In this document: positions 1-12,400 of the stretch, in pieces
Position numbering within the stretch: the stretch's first letter is position 1
Layout of the letters: every line of letters starts with the position of its first letter
Assembly: GCA_023213395.1 (NCBI GenBank)
Contig: CM041465.1
Span: 39,687,741 to 39,751,740, forward strand
DNA from: Cycas panzhihuaensis
Taxonomy: Eukaryota > Plantae > Cycadophyta
Length of the DNA: 64,000 nucleotides
Direction: 5' to 3'
Program-made: the position numbers and the translations under genes
Notes under the pieces: model-generated
Told to the model about the DNA's origin: nothing
Databases searched by the model: none
The model's input: the letters and a program-made list of their open reading frames with translations, nothing else

Positions 1-399
1 AATTTGATAGTAGAGCCCTAGAGGATTTAAGCTATGACTCTCAGCCAATGTGTGTACATCCAACACCATCATTTGAGAATAGCCAGGTTAACAAAGGTAA
101 AGCCATAGTAGAAGGATCACCTTCTCCAACATCAGTGGCTGGCCCATCTTCTTTAGCATCGTCAACTTCCCTTGTGCCAAACATTTCACATGATACTTTT
201 TAGGATTAAAATGAAGACCAAGAGGCTATGGAAATGAAAACCTTATTTCAAACTCGAGGTTTTCATGAAGCCTACCAGCTACACAAGTACATGCGACTAG
301 ATGAGGTAGGCAAAATTGGAACTAAAAGTGCCCATAGAGCAAGGATGTATGAATCACTTTCTGTTGAGCTTGAACTAGTAGAACTACATCTTGCTCTTA

Positions 400-1945
400 A
401 TGAAGATCCCTTAACAAACCAAGAAGCTATCAAGCATGTAGCTTAGATAAATTCCATAAATGAAGAGTACCAATATCTTATTAAGAATGGTACATGGGAG
501 CTTGTTGATCAACCCCTTGGAAGAAAGGTAATTCAAAATAAATGGGTGTTCAAAAATAAGTACAGATCAGATGGCACCTTAGAAAAACGCAAGGCTAGGT
601 TGGTAACAAAAGGATTCATGCAAAGGGGAGGCATCAACTACACTAAAATCTTTACTCCTATAATCAAGTGGCCTACAATTAGAACTCTTATAGCTTTGGC
701 TACTCAACAAAGTTAAAAAATCCACCAACTTAATATTAAGAACGCATTTCTCAATGGGGACTTTAAAGAGGAAATTTACATAGCTCAGGTAAAAGGATAC
801 AAGATTTTCAGTTAAGAGCATAAGGTTTGTAGGTTTATAGAGTCCTTGTACAGCCTAAAACAAGCCCCTCATGCTTAGTTTATCAAGTTGTCTAAAAGAA
901 TGAGGCAATTTGGATATGAAGTGTGTGACTATCAATATATTAATACAACACTATTCATCAAGTGCCAAAATGATAAAGTCACTTACCTCTTAATCTTTGT
1001 GGATGACATGCTAACAATGGTAAATAGTGAATAGGTAATCAACCATTTAAAGAAGGACCTTACTAAAACTTTTGAATTATCTGACCCTTGGTTGATGAAA
1101 TATTACTTGGGAATTTAAGTAACTCAAAAGAATGGTAAAATCTTTCTCTCCCAAGAAAAATATATCAATGATCTTTTGATAAAATTTCAATTGGAAGGTT
1201 CTTGACCAGTGGCTATAACTATGGAACCTAATATTAAACTCTCAGTTGATAGTGATACTAGGGAGGCAGACGCAACACTCTACACGTAACTTGTAGGTAG
1301 TCTCATCTATACTACCAACATAAGGCTAGATATTTCACACTCCATTAGCATTCTTTCAATATTCATGACACATCCTAAGTAGAATCACTGGCAAGCTATA
1401 ATACGAGTGGTGAGGTACTTGAAGATGACCAACAAATATGATCTGTTGTATGAACTCAATATAGAATTTAAACTTTATGCATACACAGACTTAGACTCTT
1501 GCATAAATAAAGATATAAGAAGATCTACATCTGGGTACATAACACTTTTGGAATAGAACCAATATCATGGAGATCCAGATGATAGAAGATAGTTTCAAAC
1601 TCAATTGTTGAAGCTAAATATATTGTTGCTTTTGAGACAAGCAAGGAGGTGATATAGTTTAGAAAATTATTGAATACATTGAATGCCACCCAAACAAGTT
1701 CTACTAGCTTACATATAGATAATCAGTCTATAATTTAAATGGATAAAAATCTTATATTTCACATTCATACTAAACATATACGTACGAAAGTTTACAGGAT
1801 TAGAGAATTAGTTCATGATGGCATAATTCAATTGGAGTACTGTTTCACAGTAGATCAAGTGGCTACCATCTTCACCAAACCACTAAAGAGGGTGATATTT
1901 GAACAGTTCTGAAGGCAACTTGGCCTTAGGGCCTCCATCTCTAAT
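400..1945 (+). pseudogene. Decayed Copia reverse transcriptase and RNase H (element A)
   Basis: KNGTWELVDQPLGRKVIQNKWVFK..KARLVTKGF (~483-620), LYSLKQAP, FVDDML (~996), HIDNQS, HTKHI, DQVATIFTKPL; many premature stops. Confidence 0.92.
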
Positions 1946-1990
1946 TGATTGAAGGAGATGAAAAAGTGACCATCATAGTCTATTTTATTC

Positions 1991-2081
1991 GTGAAAACCC
2001 CTTATAGGCACAAAAGGAAAAGAGTAAGTCTCTGCTCTATCCCATTTGTGAAAACCCCTTGCAGGTGCAAAAGGATAAGGA
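1991..2081 (+). repeat. Degenerate ~34-bp direct repeat in the 3' UTR of A
   Basis: GTGAAAACCCCTTATAGGCACAAAAGGAAAAG at 1991 versus GTGAAAACCCCTTGCAGGTGCAAAAGGATAAG at 2048. Confidence 0.75.
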
Positions 2082-2692
2082 TTGTATCATTTTGGAAAAT
2101 TAGAACCTATGAAAACCTGAAAGGGAATGGGGGATGATTAAATGATATATGGAGACTCAGTAGATTTCATCTATAAAATTCATTATACTGATTGACTATC
2201 TAGTTTTATTTAAAGAGCCACTTGAGCCAGGTTAGTAGATTAGAAAATCTGTGGGTTTTTCTCTCCATGAGGTTTTTTCACAAAAGCGTTATATATAGTA
2301 GTTTGTTTTGTAAGAGGTTCAAATGAAAACCTCATAGGATATAATAAAATAAGATGAAATGACCTTCTACCATTAAGGGGGGGATTTAAATAGGTTAATG
2401 TCACATGGTCATTACATTAGTTGATTATTTCTAAAAAGGGTCTTAAGTGAAGTTTAAATTAGATCACTTAAGTGAAATACACTTTCATATGTATTATGTG
2501 TAATTTCATTTCACCTAACTTTAATACTTCCTCTCTTAATATAAAAGTAAAAGTTCAATGGAGGAGGCTCATTCTTACCTCCCCATTTTATGAGAGCTAC
2601 TCTCTTTCTCTCATGTCTCTCTTACTCCCATATTTGCCTTTGTGTTTAGTGCATGGAGATGAAGGATAGATCAACTCTTTTCAATTTGGATA

Positions 2693-3134
2693 TGTTAGCC
2701 ATTAGATCTTATGCCTAGATAACAAAGAGGCTATGATAATATGGATTTAGATGGGGATAATGAAAGACAAGCAACATAACATTCACACCCACAATAAATT
2801 GGAGCACAAGCATATAAGCACAATAGAATCTGGAGGAGAAATAACTGATCCAATCTCTAAATAATTTAGATAAATTTTGATATAACAATAATACACTCAT
2901 TTCTCAATCAATATCACTATATAAAAGAAAATAGACTCTCTTTATATAGATGAGAGATCTCCCCTTAGGGTTACTGCATGTGCAATAAATGTATGTCATG
3001 CATGCACTTGTATAAATATGTCAAAAGAGGGGGAACAAGGTCATTGACCCTTAAGTTACAACATGTTACAACATTAGAAAATGTGAACACTTATACATTA
3101 AGTATAAAGTACATAATTAATATATAACCTAATA
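2693..3134 (-). mobile_element. Probable solo LTR or LTR fragment (B), distantly related to the E LTRs
   Basis: Starts TGTTAG and ends CCTAATA (decayed CTAACA). GGTCATTGACCCTTAAGTTACAACATGTTA resembles GGTCCATTTGACCCTTTAGTTACAATGTTA in the E LTRs. No clear TSD. Confidence 0.4.
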
Positions 3135-3984
3135 ATAAAATATAAAAGTTTTAATAATTTGCACTTTTAATCGGCATTATTGGATTTATTCAAGGAGTTT
3201 TTCAACTTATGTTTATAGTGTGGTGATGCAACCTACTATATATAGATGTTTAGATGTATATTTTGGAGTCTATTCTCTTATTTGAATGTTATTGGTCCAT
3301 TTGTGTTAGTGAGAATGCTAAGGTGGTATGCTATGATTTGTTAGAGATGCAATGATTTAAAATCAAGATTATATTCTTCTCCAAGCTTACAAACCTTAGA
3401 TTATGATTACAATTATTAATTGCTCATCTTTGTGTTTTAAAATATCTATACCTTAGAAGTTGTGCCCATATCTCTTTAAAGGAAGCCATTTCATGTTGGA
3501 GTATAAATTCTTAATTAATGAGTATTTTAATTGTTAGTTGGGAGCATGGATTTGAAGCATTAAGGACTAGAGATGATTTTGAGCATGTTGGAACCCATGT
3601 AAATACAATCTAATGCTTGTTTGTTACTCATTTGGAGGCCATGTTTATTATAAAAAACTACATAGAAAATAATATGGTGTCATAAAAATTTATGATGAAA
3701 CCATATGCAAATTAGTTATGTTGAAGCTTTGTTATAACATGGAGACATCATATGATGATCCTACTTGTTAAGAGCTCATTCGAAAGCTTGTTTAAATTGT
3801 CAACACATTACAATGGAGCATGTTGTGCATGTTTGTAAGCCACAATAGGTGGTGTGATTATTTACATGTGTATCAAATCAAGTAATAATGTTATACTTGT
3901 TATTTGCCTAAAAAATATGGGCAAGTAAATTAACATAAAAATTCCTTTTAAAATATTATGATGTATGTGAGGGATAGTGTTGTA

Positions 3985-4090
3985 TATTTGGAGAGTGTGA
4001 AGTTATATATGGAGTGTAGAGACCATGCATATGGAGTGTAAGGTTACATATGTAGTATGTGAAGCCATGTCTGAAGCATGGAGGCTATAG
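3985..4090 (+). repeat. Degenerate ~20-bp tandem repeat (ATATGGAGTGTRRAG core)
   Basis: About 4-5 decaying copies are visible. Confidence 0.55.
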
Positions 4091-4884
4091 GTTCATAGTT
4101 ATGTTGAGTTGAAACCCTTATTATTACTCATTGTCCCATTATAGTTTATTGTGAGGCGAAGCCATGTTGCAATGTGATACATTTGTGTAGCATCTTTATT
4201 ACATTTATTATTGTTGTGGAGTATTATCGCCCTGAATTATTGAAGACTCAAAACTGTGTGCCACTATTTGACCATTATATGCATGAGGAATTATGTCTTG
4301 TGAAGAAATAAATATCATGGAATTTTTGTATGGACATATTATGCCCTATGCATCACTTTCAATTGCTTATGTGAAATGCATCAATCAATGAAGTTTTGAT
4401 TTGATTTGAAGGAGCAACATACCCTATTACATTCACTTGGGCCAGTAAAGTCACTATGAGTGCACCTTGTAAATGGGTTGCTTGCCATATTCTCAATACA
4501 AAGTTTACAATTGTGCATTATTAAACTATGATATGAGAAGAGAAGTTGTCTACACAAGTTATTTACTAAGCAAGTGACAAGTCATTCTGTTAGAAGATAA
4601 TGTTTAATGTGTAAATGTCTAAAGTATTTAGGTGAATGTTATATCTAAGAGTCAATATTATAATATTCATATAATTCACACTTGTGCAAGTAAGTGGTCA
4701 TTAGGTTATTGGTCAATAAGTAGGTTATATGTCATTGGCTGTGTTAGAGGTCATTTGTTCCACATATAACACAAGTCTTACTACTCTCTCTCACATATGA
4801 TCTATAAATAAGTGGCTGAGGTAGAGTAGTGAACGATTAAGTCAAGATGGAGTCCATTACGATATTACTGTGGTTGTGGAGATA

Positions 4885-5107
4885 TTGTGATGTGATCTCT
4901 TTCATTATGATTTAATGTTATCATATTATGTTCATTGATATTTGTTTTATTATTCTTGAATATTGAATAATTTTCATTGCATATTACAATAATCATTGTG
5001 ATATCTTCCATTATGAGTTAATGTTATCATATTATGATCATTGATAATTGTTCTATTATTCTTGAATATTGAATGATCTTGAATAATTTTCATTGCATAT
5101 TACAACA
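4885..5107 (+). repeat. ~110-bp tandem duplication of the U5 end of the C 5' LTR
   Basis: TTGTGAT..CATTATGATTTAATGTTATCATATTATG..TTTTCATTGCATATTACAAYA occurs twice in succession. Confidence 0.9.
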
Positions 5108-7249
5108 TGGTATTAGAGCAAGTTGCTTGTCAAGCTCATCGTTGTGCACATTTACCATCTTATGTGTAGAGGTGGCTCCGTAGAGCCGTTTGGCAAATCA
5201 AAGGTCCAAATTTTAGAAAGTAAAGCCCTAAGGTTATTATTGTTACAAATCATGCCAAGTCAGTGACCATGATTAAAGATTTATTACTGGTCAATACTGT
5301 TCACTTTTTATGTTAGGGTTTACCCTGTAGGCAATTTGTGGTGTGACTATATGAAGACAAAAGATTGATGACATGAATGATTTACTAATCATTAAATTCT
5401 GTACGGTCAAAGTGAAGCTTTGTTCCTTTTAGGATTTGTGTTAGAAATCATTGAGAAGGTAACTGGTGAAATTTAAAATTTTATTATAAGTAAAGTTTGC
5501 TTGCAAAGATAGGTTAGTCACAGCCATCAATAAAACCCTAGCTACTGCATGAATAAATCTTGTGAGATATTAAAGTAGACCATAGAAAAAAACACTCACC
5601 GATGGTGAAATATCATGGATTGAAACCTACATAGATTCCTGTGGGAAAGTCTTCTCATTGAAATAAAATAGAGACTCCAACTATTGAAGATCCATGGATT
5701 AACTGTCCTACTAAAATTATGTACCAACCAGACACTAGGATTGATTGTCACCATATTAATAACTATAGGAGAGAACCATAGACTGTAAGAGTTTGGCCAT
5801 TGAGGAGACTATTGTGTTAGCCAACTGTGAGAGAGAGAGCTATCTGTATGGATGAATAAACCCTAGTTAAGAACACTGTTGAAAATAATAAGAGAAAATC
5901 ATATCATGATGGTTGTTTATATTGCCATGAGAGGTGATGCCCATATGAAGGGTTTACAACTTCCATTAGGAAGAGACCATTCAACCCCATTCATTTTGTT
6001 CTAAATATATGCTACTGAACTATTTGGATCTATTACCCTCCATTTGAACCCATCTAATTGATGTAGTTACCTATCAATAGAGAAAAATATATAGCCAAAA
6101 AAGAGCCACCTTCCTGTGATGAAAATCCTTGCATGCAGTATGATTGAATAGTCATGGAGTGTGCAGTCATAAGAGAATGAAAAAAACATGATCCATTAAA
6201 TAGATCACTCAATACACATAGTTAATCAAGATTAAAGCCATAGATTTGAAACCCTAGCTACTCGTAAAGGAAATAGTCCATTGAAGAAGAAAATGAGGAC
6301 GTTAACCATGGTGGTGCTAGTTGCCCATGAGTGAGGAGAGAAGATGCTACAATGAAAACCCTTGAGTGAAGTTGTCCATCTTAGTCATAAAGTTTTAGTT
6401 TCCCATAGGTGGAAGAAGGGAGATTACTTGAAGAAAAAAATTCTACCCATTGAGAGAAAATTTCCTATAGAGTATATCTAACTATCTATAATGAGGATGA
6501 GGATGCAACACTGAAGAGGCACCTATTTGCATTGAATCTGCATGGAATATCATGAAGATAAAAGACTATCTAATATAAAGAAGGAGATTGTGCCCAAGCT
6601 AATAATTCATCAAGTATCCTAGAGACAAACCAAAGATCACCATAGATTTTGTGTCGTAGGGATAAAGATGAATTTTATGTCACAGAGACAGAGACAAAAA
6701 AGTTTGTAGGAGCAATTTTGAGTAATGTTATAATTTTTTTAAAGTTTTGAAAGAAATTAAATTAGATTGGAATTTTCTTTTAAATCCATAGACATCAAAG
6801 TGATTAGGATGGATTTAATTATTTTTATGAAATCAAATTTAGAATAAAGTGAATTGGAATCTACCTTGAAGTCTGTTAGCCCTCTAGTTGTTTAGCCCTT
6901 TGGTCATATGAAGTCTTAATGTGACCTATAGTTTATCCTCTAAAGGGGTTTATCTCCTAACATTATCAATTTAGTCTTAAAAAGAGGTTCTTGTATATTT
7001 TTCCTTATATCTCTCCATGCGGGCATCTATTTTTCAAACAGTCTAAGGCATTGGGATCATATTTTAAAGATGGCTATTTCAGAATATGATTTGAGAGTAT
7101 TCGTTGTTGTTTTAATGCAGTTATTTATGTTCAAAGTTGATGCATGAATTTCGAGTAATGTGCTTGTAATCAACTTAGTCTCACATTGTGGAGTTGAGTG
7201 ATGTCATAGTTTTTGTGTTTGAAAGAAATAAATACTAGTTGATAAATTA

Positions 7250-8060
7250 TCCTTTCCATTTATTCAAGTATATGGGGATAATTTTTTGTTTTTGGACAAT
7301 TAAAATAGAATGCATATTTATGGATAAAGGGTTATGGAAAATTATTCTTGATGGGACTATATTCATTAATGAAGGATGGGAGAAAAATTTTAAGAAAAAG
7401 AACTAATTAGCAATTGATGTTATACTTGCAACAATTGATAAAGAAAATCTTCCTTCTTCATATCAATTTCTTATTCATGCAATTCAAAATATTGATACTA
7501 CTAACAAGGTCTAGAATCTTCTAAAGGATATGCATGAAAAGAGCCTTCAAGAGGTGCATGAAGATCTTGAAAAGGAAAATAAGGTTGTTGATGACTACAA
7601 TATAGATAATGAAGATGATAAAGATAATATTAGTGATGCAAATGAAAAGATATGTCAAGAAATTGAAAAGATTACCAATGAAGATGATGGAACTACTCTC
7701 GAATATGTTGTTGAAAATGATGAGGTTGATGATTTTGTCATCAATGAAGGTAATCAAGAAATAAAAATTTTCCTAAATAAATATATTATTTCAGGAGAGG
7801 ATAAAGTCAAATCTGCTTGTTCTTTTGAAGATTTTGTTGAGTCAATTCCTGGTTCAATTATTGGCTCTAATCTGAATTGTTCATAAGTTGATGAAGATTT
7901 TCCACCAAAAGTTGAAGGAATTGTTGTTGAAAGTAATAAACAAGAGGAGGAAAACATACAAGATGATGATGCTCATATTTCAAATTATATTGATATTTCT
8001 TTTGTTGACTTATCTTTAAATTTTGACATAGTTCAATAGATGTTGATCACTTATATGTTG
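7250..8060 (+). pseudogene. Copia-type gag N-terminal remnant with acidic tail (element C)
   Basis: KYMGDN..FWTIKIECIFMDKGLWKII..AIDVILATIDKENLPSSYQFLIHAIQNIDT; homologous to the L gag; includes ORF 7530-7886. Confidence 0.8.
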
Positions 8061-8819
8061 AAGAAAATAAAGACAAGTAGGTGATGACTAAATCGGTGAT
8101 TGAAGACATACTTGATATATACACCTCAAATTTCAAGATGTTTTTGATGAGTACCTATAGGATTACTTGTTAGATTCACACCTTGCCCAAGTTGATTTAA
8201 CCATGATCTACTACACATTGTACATGACGAAGGATTCATTCTTGCACATGAAGATGAAGAAAGTTAAGTTTAAGGACCATCATTCTAGAAGACTACTATA
8301 ATGATAATACTATAGGAATCAAGATGAAGATCAAAGTGAAGATATTTTGTTCAAGATCATTTTAAAATCAAACCATTATAAATTCAAAATAATGTCTCAT
8401 ATGGAGTCATATGTTAGTTTCAGTTAGTCCATAATACTTAGTGTCATGGTGTCCTTAGAATTTAGTTTTTATTGTTTTGACATTAAACATTAAGGGGAGG
8501 TGTTAAAAGATAACGTATATGTAAATGTCTAAAGTATTTAGGTAAATGTTATTAGTTTAATACAAAGGGATTTGAATCAGAAAATAAATTTATGAATAGA
8601 CTTGTATTACATTGAGGAGATGATCTCCTTAAATATATATTAAATCTTGTAACCATTAAACTTTAGTTTGTAATTGACTTTTCCAGTAGTGACATATGTC
8701 ACTATTATAAGTTATATAATAAGGTTTATCACATTACCCTTTGTAATACTTACATAAAATGTTACCTCCTAACACCCTCTCTTAATATTTTATCTCTTTT
8801 AATCCTATCTTGTCTCTTA

Positions 8820-9465
8820 GAATCTAAAATTTTTTATTTTCAAGAGGTTTTGTTAGCATATCTATAATTTATTCTATGGTAGGATAATATTCCAACTTGA
8901 TTTCTTTGTTGTGAACCTTTTCCCTTATAAAGTGGTGGTGTAGTTCTATGCACTTAGTTCTGACATGAAGAATTAGATTTTTGGTCAATTTAATAGCACT
9001 CTAATTGTCATAATGTAGGATTTGACTATGTTGTTGATTCAAATCAACCAAAAGTTTCCATAGCCAAACTACTTCACATGTTGTAGTTATCATTTTGTTA
9101 TATTCAGCTTCAGTTGATGAGAGTGTAACTATAGGCTATTTTTTGCTACACCAAGAAACTATGGCTGAATCCAAGAAGAAGCAATAACTACTCATGGATT
9201 TCCTCCACTCCTTATCTCCTACCCAATCTAAGTAACAGTATCCTATCAGTTTTATTGGTCCTTCTCAGGGATACATTAGTTTTAGATCTATTGTTCTTTG
9301 TAGGTATCTCAATATCCTTCTATCAGCTTTTCATTGTCTTACTTTAGGTTCTTGCATATATCTTGAGACTACTCCAACTAAGTATGATATATCTGGTCTG
9401 GTAGCCGTGAGAAATATCAAACTTCTAATTAATTGTCTATACAATGTGATGTCAACCAATTATTC
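8820..9465 (-). pseudogene. End of D RT and RNase H
   Basis: LYRQLIRSLIFLTATRPDISY, LSSTEAEY, CDN*SAI, DMLTKPL. Confidence 0.9.
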
Positions 9466-12400
9466 TATTGAGAAGGCCAAAGGATTAGAATGTCTAAGAC
9501 CTATAAAACCATGATCATGAAGATAGGTCACTCTAGTTCTAGATAGCATAAGAGAAAAATTAAAAGATAAGCAAGACCAAGATCAAAGGAGAAAGATGAT
9601 ACCAAAGTATAAGGAGAAGGAATTAGTCCTATTTCAAAGAATACCAATTGATTAGCAAACTAGTAGCATAACATTACACTTTGACTTTACATCTGAGACA
9701 TGAGGAGAGGTTAAAATATATAGAGTAACTGAGGTTACCTAATACCATTGGATTTTTAATAAGTGGTAAACATCTAAGGTATATGTAATATATGGCTTGC
9801 ATATCATGCATAAAGGACGTGTGTCCTTTTGGGCTCTCAAGTGAGCAAAGATGCATGAGGGTCCATTTGACCCTTTAGTTACAATGTTATGTCACTAGGA
9901 GGAATGTGGGCATGCATTTTATCACTTAAATGATAAGTCACCCTATAAAGTACAAAATAATGAATGAAAAAATAAAATGAATAAAGTACATACTTACATA
10001 AGGTTTAAACCCCCTCCCCCCCCTTACTGTTTACAATGTTAAGTTGGATGCCAAGACCATCTCTTAATTTTATAAATTTTTCTCTACCAAGAGGTTTGAT
10101 AAATATATTTGTTGTCTGCTCCTCTGTAGGTCTGTACTAGAGGTTGGTCTCACTATTTTACACATGCTCTCTGATGAAGTGATAATGAACTTTGATATGT
10201 TTAGTTCGTGCATGAAAGACTAGATTCTTGGCCAACTTGAGTATACTCTAATTATTATAATATATCTTAGTGGGGTGATTTTGTTCAAGTCCAAGCTCTC
10301 TAAGAATCTGCTATAACTAGATAGTCTCACAAGTTACGCTGATAGTAGCTTTGTACTCTACTTTAGTGGAGGACAAGGTAACATTGGGTTGTTTCTTACA
10401 ACTCCATAAAAAAGCTCCTAAACCAAGGGTAAAGTAGTAACCCGAGGTGGATCTCTAACTATCTTGGCAATCTACCCAATCAGAATCTGAGAATCCTTTC
10501 AAGATGAAGTCTTCATTATGTGTATACTAAAAGTCATACTGCAATGTTCCTTTGATGTATTTGAGTATGTATTTTACTGCATTCTAATGTTTTTGATTGG
10601 GTTGAAACATATATCTAGAACAAATTCCAACTGCAAATGAAATATCCGGTCGAGTGTTGGTAAGATAAATGAGGCTACCAATCAACTGCTAGTAAAGAGT
10701 AGGATTTGTAGGTTTAGCTTCCTCATTAAGAGTAAGCTTTATTCCATTCTCCATAGGCATTAGTGCTAGTTTGCATTCATGCATCCTGAACCACTACAAA
10801 ATATCCCAAGAATATTTTGCTTGGTATATGAAGATAGAGCTAGGCTACTGCTATACCTCAAATCTTAGAAAATAATGTAGAAGTCGAAGATCTGTCATCT
10901 CGAAAGTTCTCTCTAAATCATCCTAGAGAATCTATATCATCTTAGTGTCATTATCAGTGATCACTAAGTCATCAACATATAAGACAATAAAGACAACATG
11001 GTCTTTCTCAACTTTTATATACAAGTTGGGGTCTGATATGGATCGATGAAAACTGTCTCAAAAAATAGTCATCAATTTTGGAGTACCATACCCGAGGAGT
11101 TTGTTTCAAGCCATACAAAACAATTTTCAGGTGATAAACTGAGTGCTCCTTATCTTGTACTTTGTAACTAGGAGCTTGTTCCAAATATACCTCCTCCTAA
11201 ATATTACCATTGAGAAAGGCACTCTTCATATTCATATGATATACTGGCCATTTACATTGAGCAACTAAGGCCAAGATGGGTTTGATGATGTTCATATTGG
11301 CAATAGGTAGAAAAGTCTCCTCATAGTCAATGCCTTCTTTCTGTTTGAACCCTTTTGCAACAAGTCATGTCTTTTGGCACTTGAGTGTACCATCAGAATA
11401 GAATTTGGTCTTATAGACCCATTTGTAACTGATTGTCTATTTATGCTTAGGCAATTCTATCAAATCCCATGTTCTATTTTTTTTAATAGAATGTATTTCT
11501 TCATCCATAACAGCTTCCCAAATGTCATTTTGAGATGCCTCTTCAAAGGTGGAGGGCTCATCAACACAAAGTACATAAGCCATGAGTGCATAATTGGTTT
11601 GTTGCTTATATTTTGATGGATATTTTTTTTCAATAATCTGGCCATCTTGAACAATTTGTGTAAACCATTTTGGTAATTTTTTAATTGATGTAACTTGAAC
11701 TTCAATGTCTTATAGTCTGAGTGATGGATCAAAAGAGGATATGCTAGGATCAAGTGGAGTAGTATCTGGTGATATAGATAGTTTAGCTGGTATAGATAAT
11801 GTACATGATGCAGAAGATTGAGAGGGAAGGAAACACTCAACAATCTTTTTACCTTTCTCAAGAGGAGATTGGATGGATGTAGATTTCAACTCCTTATGTT
11901 CTTTTTTAGAAAAGATTACATCTCTTGAGAGATGCATTTTCTTCCCAATAAGATCATATAACTTGTAAGCTTTACTATGAGTTACATAGCCTATAAAGAT
12001 GTATTTTAGACTATGTTTATCTAACTTAGATATTTGTTGATCTGGGATGTGCATATATGTACACTCAAATGTCCATAAGTGACTAATGGTAGGCTTTTTA
12101 CCATATTAGGCTTCTTCTGGTGTGATGTTAGCGACTGCTGAAGTAGGACTCTGATTTACCATATAAGTAGCTATGTGGAATGCTTCTGCCCAATATGCTC
12201 GTGTGAGTCTTTTTGCATGCATCATAGCTTTGGCTTTGTTTGCCAAAGTTCTATTCATATATTCAGAGACTCTGTTTTGTTAAGGAGTATGAGGAATAAT
12301 GAGCTGTCTCTGAAGACCATTATCCTTATAGAATTGGGTGAATTCTTTTGAAGTGAATTCACCTCCATTATCTAACCTTAGTATTTTGATTGTATAGCTA

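Larger units (their letters stand above)
1..2690 (+). mobile_element. Copia element A, 3' part (RT, RNase H, 3' UTR, PPT, start of 3' LTR); 5' part lies outside the window
   Basis: Copia RT and RNase H motifs in + frames. G-rich PPT AAGGGGGGG at ~2375-2383. The LTR extent is uncertain because no partner LTR is in the window. Confidence 0.85.
4588..8546 (+). mobile_element. Non-autonomous gag-only LTR element C (TR-GAG-like); 3' LTR truncated by insertion of D
   Basis: 5' LTR 4588-5107 (TGTTAG..CAACA). Met-type PBS TGGTATTAGAGC at 5108-5119. PPT TAAGGGGAGG at 8491-8500. 8501-8546 matches the start of the 5' LTR. No pol motifs inside. Confidence 0.85.

Noticed and set aside
7530-7886. Acidic 118-aa ORF as an independent gene
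   Set aside because: It is the in-frame continuation of the C gag remnant after a premature stop.
9458-9465. 8-bp TSD for element E (GGACAACC/GAATAATT on the minus strand)
   Set aside because: It needs 4 changes in 8 bases and Copia TSDs are normally 5 bp, so it cannot be supported.
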